From the IMG/VR virus record IMGVR_UViG_3300027705_000005, positions 1 to 64,000 of that record: a stretch of 64,000 nucleotides of DNA; one strand, written 5' to 3'. The DNA comes from a virus. Its lineage: Duplodnaviria > Caudoviricetes. The notes beneath the pieces are model-generated. The model was not told the origin of the DNA. It ran no database searches and saw only the letters and a list, made by a program, of their open reading frames with translations. Numbering within the stretch: the stretch's first letter is position 1; each line of letters opens with the position of its first letter. A program made the position numbers and the translations under genes. Positions 37,137 to 47,230 of this stretch are shown here, one piece after another.

Positions 37137-38447
37137 ATGTTTAGATTAAGTTCAGATTACAATGAAAACTATATAGGACAGATAGTAAAACTAGATACTC
37201 CAGAGAAACATAACAATGCTGATTCTCTTCAAATATTCTATGTTAATAATCATCAGATTATTACTAATATGGATTATAAAAAAGGAGATTTAGTTGCTTT
37301 CTTTCCTGTTGGTTCTTGTATAAATAAAGATTTTGTAAAGTCTTTTAATGGTTATTCCAATCCTTTATTAAATGTTGATACAACAATTAAAGGTTATTTT
37401 TGTGACAAAGCAAGAGTACGTGCCATATCATTACGTGGCTCAAAAGTTGAAGGATTTGCAATTCCAATAAAAGTATTATTAGATTTCTTAGGTACTTCAG
37501 AACCTGTTATTCCAGGAATATTATTTGATAGTTATGGAGATATATTATTGGTTGAGAAGTATATTATTAAAACAAGAGAAAAAGGTACTAATTTAGGTAA
37601 TACTAATAAGAAAGTATCTAATTCCCTTAGAGGTAGAATGATAGAAAATCAGTTCCAATTTCATATAAGAACTCCAGCACTAAAGAATAATACTACTAAA
37701 ATATTAGGTTTATCTGATACAGATGTTAATATCTCTATCACAAATAAAATACATGGAACATCAGCAATTATATCTAATGTGCTTGTAGAGAGCAAATTAA
37801 GCTGGTTTCAGAGACTTTTAAGAAGATGTGGAGTTAACATACCAACTACTGAATATCTACCTGTGTACTCAAGCAGACAAGTTATTAAAGGTAGTATTGA
37901 TGATGAAAATACTAAAGAGGGATTTTATAAATCAAATGTCTGGAAAGAAGTATTTGATGATATAATGTCAAAGAGAGGTATACCAAAAGGTTACAGCATA
38001 TTTTTTGAGATAGCAGGATTTACATCTACTGGGGAAGCTATTCAAGGACAATGGGATTATGGGTGTGAACCAAAAGAAAAGAAGATATTTGTATACAGAG
38101 TAACCAATACTAATCCAGATGGAAAATGTATTGAATTATCCTGGAATCAAATTAAACAATTCTGTAATGATTATAATTTACAACATGTTCCTGAATTATA
38201 TAATGGTAAATTATATGACTTCTTAAAGAAACATAAGATTAAGAGTGATAAAGTATTAGTCAATAGATTATCAGATTTATATAATATTGAAGGAGATTGT
38301 ACTATGTGTAAAAATAAAGTACCAACAGAAGGTATTGTGTTAAGAATAGATGATTTAAATGAGTTTAATGTCTTTAAACTTAAAGGACACCGTTTTTTAA
38401 TAAAGGAATCTTCACTAGAAGAAGCAACAATGGAAGATGAAAATTAA
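37137..38447 (+). CDS. ATP-dependent RNA ligase with N-terminal OB/tRNA-binding domain (DRB0094-like)
   Basis: KHNNADSL...LRGSKVEG N-domain; TNKIHGTS motif I, FFEIAG, HVPELY, EGIVLR, FKLK. Confidence 0.88.
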   Translation: MFRLSSDYNENYIGQIVKLDTPEKHNNADSLQIFYVNNHQIITNMDYKKGDLVAFFPVGSCINKDFVKSFNGYSNPLLNVDTTIKGYFCDKARVRAISLRGSKVEGFAIPIKVLLDFLGTSEPVIPGILFDSYGDILLVEKYIIKTREKGTNLGNTNKKVSNSLRGRMIENQFQFHIRTPALKNNTTKILGLSDTDVNISITNKIHGTSAIISNVLVESKLSWFQRLLRRCGVNIPTTEYLPVYSSRQVIKGSIDDENTKEGFYKSNVWKEVFDDIMSKRGIPKGYSIFFEIAGFTSTGEAIQGQWDYGCEPKEKKIFVYRVTNTNPDGKCIELSWNQIKQFCNDYNLQHVPELYNGKLYDFLKKHKIKSDKVLVNRLSDLYNIEGDCTMCKNKVPTEGIVLRIDDLNEFNVFKLKGHRFLIKESSLEEATMEDEN

Positions 38448-38477
38448 GTTTAATAAGTTTAAGTTTAGAATGTTTTT

Positions 38478-38505
38478 AAGAGTGGGTTTTCTCCCACTCT
38501 TTTTT
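38478..38505 (+). terminator. Intrinsic terminator
   Basis: AAGAGTGGG / CCCACTCTT followed by a T run. Confidence 0.85.
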
Positions 38506-38526
38506 AATTAAAAAAATAAATAATCA

Positions 38527-39081
38527 ATGAAGAAAGATAGATATTTACAAGATATACCAAATGAATTAACTGATGTGGGAATGCAAAAAGTATTATTAGT
38601 CAGAAGAGAAATGATACATTTAAAGCATATTAGAAAAGAAATATTTATTAATAGAACAATTAATATAGAATCCATATTAGATTCTTTAGGATTATCTTTA
38701 TTTGAATATACACAATTTATGTCCAATAGAGAAAGACAGATATTTAAAATATCAAGAGATTATCAATTGGATGATATTAATAAAGTAGTAAAACTACAAG
38801 AAACATATGGTGCTATTAGTAGATTATATAGTTCTTTAAAAGAAGTTATTTATTTTACAACAGATTTATTAGATACACATAATAATTCATATCTTTATAA
38901 AGATAGCACAATACTTGAATTTGATATTAAAAAGATATTATCAGCAACACAAAAATATAAAATAGTTATATTATTAAGTTCTGATCCTGAAATATTAACA
39001 ACAGCTTGGTGTTTTGGTATTAAAACTTTCCTACTATCTGATAATGATAAAATTGCTCACTTTAGTTTAAAAACAGAATAA
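38527..39081 (+). CDS. Hypothetical protein
   Basis: 184-aa ORF, TAATG-coupled to the next gene. Confidence 0.65.
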   Translation: MKKDRYLQDIPNELTDVGMQKVLLVRREMIHLKHIRKEIFINRTINIESILDSLGLSLFEYTQFMSNRERQIFKISRDYQLDDINKVVKLQETYGAISRLYSSLKEVIYFTTDLLDTHNNSYLYKDSTILEFDIKKILSATQKYKIVILLSSDPEILTTAWCFGIKTFLLSDNDKIAHFSLKTE

Positions 39082-39791
39082 TGAACATACACATAAATAA
39101 AGAAGAACATGAAATTCTTCAAAAGAAAGTTATAGAACAAGTACTTATTGGATCTCAAATGTATGGCATTGATACACCAAATAGTGATACAGATTATTTA
39201 TGCTGGATAACATCATGGTATGTTGAAGAGACTATAGGATGTCCATCAATACATCAATTTCAATATAAAGATGTTGAGAACAATATTGATTATGTATATA
39301 CTACAGAATTACAATTTGCTAAGAATTTTATGTCTGGAGATTCTACTATTAATGTGGATGTAGTTTTATTTCATGCTGATATAGATGATGAAATAAGATT
39401 AAAAATGTGTAGAACTTATAAGATCATTAAATCTTATCTTGGAATGGCTAGGAGAGATCTTAAACATCTACATAAAGATCCTTCTAAAAGAAGACATATT
39501 GTTAGAGGAATATATTGCGCTGGAGAATTATTAGATAATAAATTACCAACTATTAAAGGTATTCAAGATGTAATTAAATTAGATGATAATTTAAGTGTAG
39601 ATATGACAGAGAAAAACTATTTAGTTAATTTCAGTGTAAATTATGTGTCTATGGAAAAAGAATTAAGACAAATGTGTAATACGATGTATGAAAAAGGAGA
39701 ATTAGAGAATTATTATATTCCAGAAGTTAATGATCCTTTATTACAAAAATTATTAAATGCAAATAACATAAGAGAATTTAGATATGAGTAA
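39081..39791 (+). CDS. Pol-beta-superfamily nucleotidyltransferase (RlaP/YcgL-like), copy 1
   Basis: GSQMYGIDTPNSDTDY; SYLGMA...HIVR. Confidence 0.82.
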   Translation: MNIHINKEEHEILQKKVIEQVLIGSQMYGIDTPNSDTDYLCWITSWYVEETIGCPSIHQFQYKDVENNIDYVYTTELQFAKNFMSGDSTINVDVVLFHADIDDEIRLKMCRTYKIIKSYLGMARRDLKHLHKDPSKRRHIVRGIYCAGELLDNKLPTIKGIQDVIKLDDNLSVDMTEKNYLVNFSVNYVSMEKELRQMCNTMYEKGELENYYIPEVNDPLLQKLLNANNIREFRYE

Positions 39792-40275
39792 AACAATAAC
39801 AATTCTTGTTGCTAAATCAGGTTCAGGTAAATCAACATATGCTAATCGGATTGTAATATCTAATCCATGGACATTTATTATTAATAGAGATTCAATAAGA
39901 AGAGCTATTGTAGGAAACTTAGATAATTACTATGAAAGAGATAACATCAATGGATTAGAAATGATAGTTAATAATATAGAAGATGCATTATTTGAGAATT
40001 ATGCTGAAAGAAATTATTCTATTATTATTGATAATACAAATCTAAAACAGAAGTTTGTTAAGAAATGGATTGATTTAGCTAGATATTATCATTACAATGT
40101 AAGATTTAAGATATTTGATCTTCCTGCTGAAATATGTAAGGAAAGAGTAATGGAAAGAGATTTTGCTGGTAGAACAACACCACAATTAGTTGAATATATA
40201 GATATTCAAGATAAACAATTTCATTCTATTGTAGAATGGATTAATAAAAACTATAAAGATAAAATAATAGAATAA
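39784..40275 (+). CDS. Polynucleotide 5'-kinase domain (PseT/AAA_33-like)
   Basis: AKSGSGKST, INRDSIR, IIDNTN, C.ERV..R. Confidence 0.88.
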   Translation: MSKTITILVAKSGSGKSTYANRIVISNPWTFIINRDSIRRAIVGNLDNYYERDNINGLEMIVNNIEDALFENYAERNYSIIIDNTNLKQKFVKKWIDLARYYHYNVRFKIFDLPAEICKERVMERDFAGRTTPQLVEYIDIQDKQFHSIVEWINKNYKDKIIE

Positions 40276-40955
40276 TGGAAAAGCAACAAGTGTGGCTGAG
40301 TAGTGATTTCCATGGGTATCACAAAAATATTTGTAAAGGTTCATCTTCTTGGGATAGTAATAGAAATGATAATAATGGTCAATCTTGTAGAGATTTCAAA
40401 GATGAATTTGAAATGACAGATGTGTTAATTGATACAATTAATAAATATGTTAAAGAAAATGATATTATATATTTTCTGGGAGATTTTACCTTCGGAGGCT
40501 TAGATAAAATATATAAATTTAGAAAGAGAATAAACTGTAGAACAATACATTTCTTCTATGGCAACCATGACCATCACATTGAAAATAATAGATTTATATT
40601 AGATGATAATGGAGATAAGATACAAATAGATAATCATGGAAATTTCTTAAGAACTCAAGATCTTTTTGCATCTGTTCAATATGTTGGAGAAATTAAAGTA
40701 AATGGAATTACTGTGTTTTGTTCGCACTATGCTCATAGATGTTGGAACAAGTCTCACAAAGGCAGACCACATGCATATGGACATTCACATAATTCATTAG
40801 AATATGAAGAATGGGGCAAGAGCCTTGACGTAGGAATTGATTCTGCTTTTGCTAGATTTGGAGAATATAGACCATTTAATTTTAATGAATTTATGGAAAT
40901 TGTAAACAAGAGAGATGTTAAAATTATAGATCATCATCAGTCACATACAAACTAA
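40275..40955 (+). CDS. Calcineurin-like metallophosphoesterase
   Basis: SDFH, LGDF, GNHD, HY, GHSH motifs. Confidence 0.9.
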   Translation: MEKQQVWLSSDFHGYHKNICKGSSSWDSNRNDNNGQSCRDFKDEFEMTDVLIDTINKYVKENDIIYFLGDFTFGGLDKIYKFRKRINCRTIHFFYGNHDHHIENNRFILDDNGDKIQIDNHGNFLRTQDLFASVQYVGEIKVNGITVFCSHYAHRCWNKSHKGRPHAYGHSHNSLEYEEWGKSLDVGIDSAFARFGEYRPFNFNEFMEIVNKRDVKIIDHHQSHTN

Positions 40956-40960
40956 ACAAT

Positions 40961-42244
40961 ATGAAAGAATTTAAAGATATAAATGGTAATGAATTAGTAG
41001 ATGGTAAATGGTATTGTGGAATAGCTGGAATTGAATTTACTAAATTTAAAAAGTTAAATTCAGAAGGTACTAATATTCATTTTTATGAATACATAACAAA
41101 TGGTAGGCATGATAATGGTGATAGTGATAGACATGGTTCATTTTATGGTACTTTTGATAAAATGTATCCAGCTAACTATGATGATTATTCTAAATATTTA
41201 CCAGAAGGACATTCTGATTTAAAACCAAAAGAATTAAAAGATACTTTAAAAGTAGGAACATGGTATTTTCATGGACATTTAGCTCAAGATAAACCAATGT
41301 ATTTAGGTAAATTTGAAAGAATTGCTGATAAAACATTTCATGCATCTGAATATATGTATTATTTAGGAGGAGACATATATTCTGGAATTACATGCAATTT
41401 ATGGACAACAGGTGGTTGGAGAGAAAATCTAAGAGAAGCTACTCAAATAGAATTAAATAGATATCTTCCTGAAGGACATAAAGATAGAGATGATAATACT
41501 CCTAAATCTAAATTTAAGGTAGGAGATATTGTAGATTTAAATGGTGCTTATATGCTCTCTGGTGGAGGAACATCAGAAAGTTATCCTTTAGAAAATGTTT
41601 TTGATTTAAAATGTTTAGCTAGAAGTAAAAAAGCTAAAATACGTAAAGTCTTTTACAATAAAGAACATCAAAGATATTGGTATGATACTGATTATTGCGG
41701 TAATCATGTATTAGAAGGACCTGAAATTACACTACATGGAGAAGTTGTTGCATCAGGAACTTTACCAGAATTAACAGAAGATAATATAAGAGATTATCAT
41801 GGTTATGAAATAGAGTTTGAATATCTTACGAAATATACTGGAAAATTAAGTATTGAACAAGGAAGAATATTTCTTTTAGAAAATGAACATGGACATAATA
41901 ATGGACATAAATTATTTAGAGATGAATATAAATATAGTGTTGTACTTGATATATCAAATAGTAATATCAAACAACATAAGATTAAATTAATCAAATTTGA
42001 TAAATTTATTCCTTCTTATTATACACCAACACCTAAATTATATTCTGCAATAAAAGATGAAGAGATTAGATTACACAAAGTACCTAATTCAAACATACAG
42101 ATAAGAACAATTAACATACCAACAGTTGAAATACAAAGAGTTGATTTAAAACAACAAAATCAATTAAGAATACAAATACCAGAGGTTAAACCTCAAAGCA
42201 TCCAAAGAGTAATAATTAATAACAAACATTTAAAATTAAATTAA
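40961..42244 (+). CDS. Mosaic hypothetical protein with an internal repeat
   Basis: Two modules ending YLPEGH(S/K)D. Confidence 0.75.
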   Translation: MKEFKDINGNELVDGKWYCGIAGIEFTKFKKLNSEGTNIHFYEYITNGRHDNGDSDRHGSFYGTFDKMYPANYDDYSKYLPEGHSDLKPKELKDTLKVGTWYFHGHLAQDKPMYLGKFERIADKTFHASEYMYYLGGDIYSGITCNLWTTGGWRENLREATQIELNRYLPEGHKDRDDNTPKSKFKVGDIVDLNGAYMLSGGGTSESYPLENVFDLKCLARSKKAKIRKVFYNKEHQRYWYDTDYCGNHVLEGPEITLHGEVVASGTLPELTEDNIRDYHGYEIEFEYLTKYTGKLSIEQGRIFLLENEHGHNNGHKLFRDEYKYSVVLDISNSNIKQHKIKLIKFDKFIPSYYTPTPKLYSAIKDEEIRLHKVPNSNIQIRTINIPTVEIQRVDLKQQNQLRIQIPEVKPQSIQRVIINNKHLKLN

Positions 42245-42246
42245 AC

Positions 42247-42624
42247 ATGGCTAAGGCTAAAACAACAAACAACACGTACAGAGGATTAGTAACAAGATCA
42301 AAAGAAGAAATTGATAATGATCAATTGGATATTAATGTAGCACATGCAGAGAATGATCTGGATATAGGTATTAATAATGTTTATGGTCAAGTAATTACTG
42401 CTGAAGGTAATCTTAAAAAGAACAGAAGTAGAATAGTAAAAGCAGAGCAATTATTAAATGATGCTAAAGCTGCTTTTCCTTTTAATGTTCAGACTATTCT
42501 TGATAGAAGAACTGAATTATTACAAGAAAGAGCTAATATTACAGCTGAAGAGATAAGACTTGAATCTATCAAAGAAACTCATCAATATCTTTTAGATTTG
42601 AAAACAGAGTTATTCCCTTCATAA
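42247..42624 (+). CDS. Coiled-coil hypothetical protein
   Basis: ORF followed by a terminator. Confidence 0.75.
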   Translation: MAKAKTTNNTYRGLVTRSKEEIDNDQLDINVAHAENDLDIGINNVYGQVITAEGNLKKNRSRIVKAEQLLNDAKAAFPFNVQTILDRRTELLQERANITAEEIRLESIKETHQYLLDLKTELFPS

Positions 42625-42651
42625 AAACTTGTTTTTTATGTTAATAATTGT

Positions 42652-42685
42652 AGAAAGGATACTGTAACAGGTATCCTTTCTTTTT
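42652..42685 (+). terminator. Intrinsic terminator
   Basis: AGAAAGGATACTG-TAA-CAGGTATCCTTTCT followed by a T run. Confidence 0.85.
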
Positions 42686-42699
42686 AAAAAGAAAATATT

Positions 42700-42915
42700 A
42701 TGAATGATAGACATATTTATGAAGGTTGGAAAATTTCAGATTTTATTGAAGCATTAGAACCACAGTTCAATATGATAAATCAAAACTCCAGTTGGCAGAA
42801 AGGATTTGAATCATATGATGATTTAAAGAAATGGTGTAAGGATAACCAACCTTATTATAAGAAACATATACCAGAAGTATATAACTATTTTAAGAAGAAA
42901 GTAAAGTTATTATGA
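42700..42915 (+). CDS. Small hypothetical protein
   Basis: YEGW...WCKDNQPYYKK. Confidence 0.7.
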   Translation: MNDRHIYEGWKISDFIEALEPQFNMINQNSSWQKGFESYDDLKKWCKDNQPYYKKHIPEVYNYFKKKVKLL

Positions 42916-43634
42916 GTTATAAAACATACCTTACAGGAGGTGCGGTAAGGGATCAATTACTAGGATTAAAGTCTAAAGACTTAGATTATGTATTTGTTTT
43001 TGATAATCCCAAACAGTTTACATCAGCAGAAGAAGCATTTCAAGAAATGGAAAGAATAATAATAGCTGATGGAGGAGAGATATATTTATCAACTCCAGAT
43101 TGTTATACTATTAGATATAAAGATGGTGTTACAGGAGAAGCTAAAGATGTAGTACTTGCAAGAAAAGAAACTTCTTATATTCCAGGTACAAGAAAACCAG
43201 TTGTAGAACTTGGTACATTGTGGGATGATATGAGCAGGAGAGATGCAACTTTAAATGCTTTAGCTATGGATTCAGAAGGTAATATTATAGATTATTTTGG
43301 TGGACAAGAAGATCTTAAATATGGTATTATGAAAACTCCTCTTGATCCAAATATAACATTTTCAGACGATAATCTAAGATTGCTAAGGTTTTTTAGATTT
43401 TTTATTACAAAGAATTTTAGAACAACTGATGAAATATTAGATATTATTACTAACTTTGACTATGTAAACAACTTTAAGCATGTTTCAGAAGAAAGAATAA
43501 GGGAAGAATTATTTAAATGTTTTAGACATGATACTTATAAAACATTAACATTATTGGCTTCTTTTCCTAAATTAGAAAATTATATATTTACTAAAACAAA
43601 CCTTTGGTTAATGCCAACATTAAAAGATAAATAA
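42912..43634 (+). CDS. cca: Class II tRNA nucleotidyltransferase (CCA-adding/PAP family), short form
   Basis: GGAVRD.LLG...KDLDY, ARKE, RRDAT.NA, DD.LR..RF, S.ERIREE. Confidence 0.88.
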   Translation: MSYKTYLTGGAVRDQLLGLKSKDLDYVFVFDNPKQFTSAEEAFQEMERIIIADGGEIYLSTPDCYTIRYKDGVTGEAKDVVLARKETSYIPGTRKPVVELGTLWDDMSRRDATLNALAMDSEGNIIDYFGGQEDLKYGIMKTPLDPNITFSDDNLRLLRFFRFFITKNFRTTDEILDIITNFDYVNNFKHVSEERIREELFKCFRHDTYKTLTLLASFPKLENYIFTKTNLWLMPTLKDK

Positions 43635-43892
43635 ATGCAAGAAACAGAAGAAATAGAACATGTAGAATTACCAGTAGAAGACTTAAAACCTCCTACAAGA
43701 AAAGAAGTAAATGATACTAATAAGTTTAGTAGAATGCACTTTAGAGTAAGTAATTATCTATATTTAAACCAAAGATCCTTTCAAGAAGAATATATATTAA
43801 TATATAATAAAGAAAGTAAATTATCAAGAGTAGAAAGAGATTATGTAATACATGTAGTTGAACAATCAATGCAGTTAAATGAGGAAGAATGA
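43635..43892 (+). CDS. Hypothetical protein
   Basis: Coupled ORF. Confidence 0.65.
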   Translation: MQETEEIEHVELPVEDLKPPTRKEVNDTNKFSRMHFRVSNYLYLNQRSFQEEYILIYNKESKLSRVERDYVIHVVEQSMQLNEEE

Positions 43893-44197
43893 GTTTAGAA
43901 GAGTTTTTAAATGGTCTTGAAGTACAAACTTTAACCGATGAATTAAAAGAAGAAATATTAGACTATCATAATGATGATTTAGCAGATAAGAAAACAGATT
44001 TAGATGATGTAAATTATGAAGTAATAATAGAACATATTATATACAGATATGATAATAAATTACATCTTTATCAAACTGAATTATTAGAGTTGGTAGCAGA
44101 ATCATATAAAGATTTAGCAAGTAAACAGAAATTTGAATTTTTAATAACTAAAATAGATGATTATACTTTAGAACAATTAAAAGAAAGATTAGAATGA
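43889..44197 (+). CDS. Acidic hypothetical protein
   Basis: Coupled ORF. Confidence 0.65.
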   Translation: MSLEEFLNGLEVQTLTDELKEEILDYHNDDLADKKTDLDDVNYEVIIEHIIYRYDNKLHLYQTELLELVAESYKDLASKQKFEFLITKIDDYTLEQLKERLE

Positions 44198-44466
44198 GTA
44201 GAAAATATATAGATGCTAAAACAACTGTCTGGGAAAGAATATATCTTAAAGATGATGCAGATATGGATATTATTATCAAACAAATAGAAGAAGGTAATAT
44301 AGAAGATGGTTTTGATGAAAAATATTTTGATGAATGTGAAGCATTATATGAAACATCTGAATATATGACAATTGAAGAAAATGCTGGTAATAATACAATA
44401 GAAGTGTATGTAGATGATAAATGTATTTGGGATAATGTTGATAAACATGAAACAATTGTAGGATGA
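44194..44466 (+). CDS. Acidic hypothetical protein
   Basis: Coupled ORF. Confidence 0.65.
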   Translation: MSRKYIDAKTTVWERIYLKDDADMDIIIKQIEEGNIEDGFDEKYFDECEALYETSEYMTIEENAGNNTIEVYVDDKCIWDNVDKHETIVG

Positions 44467-44513
44467 TACCTTTATTAAGAACATTAAAAGGAAGCCAGGT
44501 TTTGTTTTATTAA
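44463..44513 (+). pseudogene. Orphaned original 5' end of the downstream nucleotidyltransferase gene (MIPLLRTLKGSQVLFY*)
   Basis: 24/29 nt identity between 44472-44500 and 45261-45289; ATGA-coupled to the upstream gene. Confidence 0.75.
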
Positions 44514-44523
44514 AATAATTTTG

Positions 44524-44531
44524 TATCTTTA
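44524..44531 (+). promoter_or_regulatory. Promoter-like TATCTTTA carried by the endonuclease insert
   Basis: TTGTATCTTTACA is identical to the motif at 1774-1786. Confidence 0.55.
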
Positions 44532-44545
44532 CACAAAAAAATAAT

Positions 44546-45286
44546 ATGTGTGAAAGAAAAGAATACAAAATTGTAGATACTATTGGTGTAACAAGAGTTA
44601 AAAAACCAAGTGGTAAGTATCATCATGTTCAATTATTTATATTTATGTGTCCTATTTGTAGAAATGTTACAAAAAGTAGGTCTTTTAGCAAAATATATAA
44701 GAAATGTAAAAATTGTTGGTCTACAAATTATTTAAATTTAGAATTTGATAATGGATCTAAAGTAATAGAGGTGGATGATGAGCATAGAAAATTTAAAATA
44801 TTGTGTCATTGTGGAAATACTCATCTAATGCAAAGAATTAATTTATTTCGTAGAATAAAACATAAAGAAGATATAGTTTGTAAAGAATGTGGTAGAATAA
44901 AGACAGATAAATCTCATGCAAAAACTGATTATCCAACTTTTGTAAAACGTGTTAGTAGACTTATAAAAGTTGGTGCAACAGTAAGAAAATTAGATTTTAA
45001 TCTATCGTTAATTGAAATAGAGAAATTAATAAATCAAGATTGTTTTTATTGTGGAAATAAACCAATTTTATATTTTAATCCAAGACAATATACTACTGAA
45101 TATAAAAGGAATGGAATTGATAGAATTGACAGTAGTATTGGATACAATATTAATAATTGTGTGTCTTCATGTAAACTATGTAATTCTATGAAATTAGATA
45201 GTAGGCAGAAAGAATTTTTAGAACAAGTAAACAAAATATATAAATATCAAAATGGAGATATTATTAAAAACATTAAAGGGAAGTAA
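44546..45286 (+). CDS. HNH-type homing endonuclease with Zn-binding repeats
   Basis: CPIC/CKNC/CHCG/CKEC N-terminal motifs; CFYCG...NGIDRIDS..GY...NCV..C..CN.MK. Confidence 0.85.
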   Translation: MCERKEYKIVDTIGVTRVKKPSGKYHHVQLFIFMCPICRNVTKSRSFSKIYKKCKNCWSTNYLNLEFDNGSKVIEVDDEHRKFKILCHCGNTHLMQRINLFRRIKHKEDIVCKECGRIKTDKSHAKTDYPTFVKRVSRLIKVGATVRKLDFNLSLIEIEKLINQDCFYCGNKPILYFNPRQYTTEYKRNGIDRIDSSIGYNINNCVSSCKLCNSMKLDSRQKEFLEQVNKIYKYQNGDIIKNIKGK

Positions 45287-46328
45287 TGTATATGGTACAA
45301 ATATTCCTGGATCAGACGAAGATTACTTTGATCTTTATAAATATTCATTGGATGATTATTTGGGTTTAAATTACTCTAGTCAAATAGATTTAAATAGTGA
45401 TCATGTGCAAATGGAAATAGGAAGATATTGCAGTCTTTTACTTAAGGGCAGTCCAGTACAAATAGAAACTCTATTTACACCAGAAAAGTACTTTCTATTT
45501 AAAGATAAGTCTTTAGATATATTATTTGATAATAAGAAAGAGTTTTTAACTAAGAAATTAAAAGCTCCATATATTGGATTTATACATAGTCAGTTATCAA
45601 AGAGCCAGAACATTACCAAAAGATTAGACTGGGAATCCCAAGCTGTGGAAAGACTAGATATACTTGACTTTGTTACTGTTCTTGGAAGGAATGGTAAGAC
45701 TAAAAGATTTAAAGAATTAATGAATGGTAATTCATATTGGGCATTTAATGAATTTGTATCTGATAAAACTAAAGTTCCTTCTTTAACTCATATTACAGAA
45801 CAACATTTAGGTTTAGCTAAAGGAGATGCTAAAGATATTTATTCAGTTTATTATTTACAAGATAGGTCTGGAGGTTTAATAGGTGAAGATTCTAATGATG
45901 TTCAATTAAGAAGTATTCCTAAAGATGCTCCTTTTATGTTTCATATTGTTTGTAATCTTTCAGCATATAGTCAACATTGTAAGAAATATAGAGAATATAC
46001 TGATTGGCTCCTTAAAAGAAATCCACAAAGATACCAAGCAATTAAAGACACTGGTTCTATTGTAGATCTTAAATTCTTTTATCATACTATTAGATTACTT
46101 AATACTGCAATAGAAATATTTAGAGATGGTGAATTAGTAGTAGATAGAAGAGGTAGAGATGCTGATTATTTAATTAAAATCAGAGAAGGGAAAGTATCAT
46201 TAGAAGAATTAAATGAAAAAGCAGAACAAGGATTAAAACTAATAGATGAATTATATTTAACAAGTACATTAAAAGAAGAGCCAAATTATGACTTTGTGGA
46301 TAATTTATGTAAAACATTAAGAAAATGA
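45252..46328 (+). CDS. Pol-beta-superfamily nucleotidyltransferase (RlaP/YcgL-like), copy 2
   Basis: GSNVYGTNIPGSDEDY; D.KFFYHTIRLL...L..IREG. Confidence 0.88.
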   Translation: MEILLKTLKGSNVYGTNIPGSDEDYFDLYKYSLDDYLGLNYSSQIDLNSDHVQMEIGRYCSLLLKGSPVQIETLFTPEKYFLFKDKSLDILFDNKKEFLTKKLKAPYIGFIHSQLSKSQNITKRLDWESQAVERLDILDFVTVLGRNGKTKRFKELMNGNSYWAFNEFVSDKTKVPSLTHITEQHLGLAKGDAKDIYSVYYLQDRSGGLIGEDSNDVQLRSIPKDAPFMFHIVCNLSAYSQHCKKYREYTDWLLKRNPQRYQAIKDTGSIVDLKFFYHTIRLLNTAIEIFRDGELVVDRRGRDADYLIKIREGKVSLEELNEKAEQGLKLIDELYLTSTLKEEPNYDFVDNLCKTLRK

Positions 46329-46594
46329 TAAAAGGATTAAAAAATACAATAATAGATTTTATAGAATCTGAAGAAGATTTAGAAATATCAGTTCCAAGAT
46401 TAGCTATTGAAGAATATGAATTAATATTTGCAGAGCTTGGATATGAATTAAATAATGATGATGATGACACTAGTACTAATGGTTGGCAAGTAGATTTTTG
46501 GTATTCTTTTATTAATGGTAATAAAGAAATAACATTGTCAGGATCATTATGGCATGGTGATGATTATTCATTATCAAAAGATGAAGATGAATGA
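46325..46594 (+). CDS. Acidic hypothetical protein
   Basis: TNGWQVDFW...LSGSLWHG. Confidence 0.7.
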   Translation: MIKGLKNTIIDFIESEEDLEISVPRLAIEEYELIFAELGYELNNDDDDTSTNGWQVDFWYSFINGNKEITLSGSLWHGDDYSLSKDEDE

Positions 46595-46941
46595 TACAAA
46601 CATTTGAATTAAATAGTAAAGTAATATTAATATCTAATATAGATCCATTAATAGAATACTTTGTACTTAAATTTGATAAACCAAATAGTTTATGGCATAG
46701 AGTAGGTAATGGTGAAATATCCATTACTACTTTACCAGAAGGACAATGGAAAATAATAGATAGATTAAGAAACTTAGATATTTCTACAGATGATAAGTTT
46801 CATAAAGTAGAAGCATTTAGAAAGAAAGTAAAAGAATTAACTAAATTAATGAATGAACCAACAGTAGAAAATGTAATTAAATTTGAAAATCTACTAATAA
46901 TGGAAAGATATGACAGAATTACAATTGAATCACCAAAGTAA
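46591..46941 (+). CDS. Hypothetical protein
   Basis: Coupled ORF. Confidence 0.65.
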   Translation: MIQTFELNSKVILISNIDPLIEYFVLKFDKPNSLWHRVGNGEISITTLPEGQWKIIDRLRNLDISTDDKFHKVEAFRKKVKELTKLMNEPTVENVIKFENLLIMERYDRITIESPK

Positions 46942-47230
46942 TGTTAAAGAAATCTTAGATAAGATTAATGAATTGAGTGGACAAAAAGCTTTAGAATATC
47001 AAAGAGAAGGAAATCCTTTTCATAATTTTGAAGCTGGAGGTAGACAATCAGGAAAAGATCCATTAGAAGTATTAAATGGATTTAAACTCAAACATGATGT
47101 ATCCTACAAAGATATATGTAATGATTTTATGACTGATAAACCAGTTAATATAGAACAATTAAAAGAGAAAACAGTAGATATTATTATTTATCACATTTTA
47201 GCTTATTCATTAATAAAAGAAAACATATAA
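46910..47230 (+). CDS. All-alpha nucleotide-modification-associated / MazG-fold-like protein (DUF1599-like)
   Basis: K..EY....PFHNF...KH...EK.VDII.Y..L. Confidence 0.55.
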   Translation: MTELQLNHQSNVKEILDKINELSGQKALEYQREGNPFHNFEAGGRQSGKDPLEVLNGFKLKHDVSYKDICNDFMTDKPVNIEQLKEKTVDIIIYHILAYSLIKENI

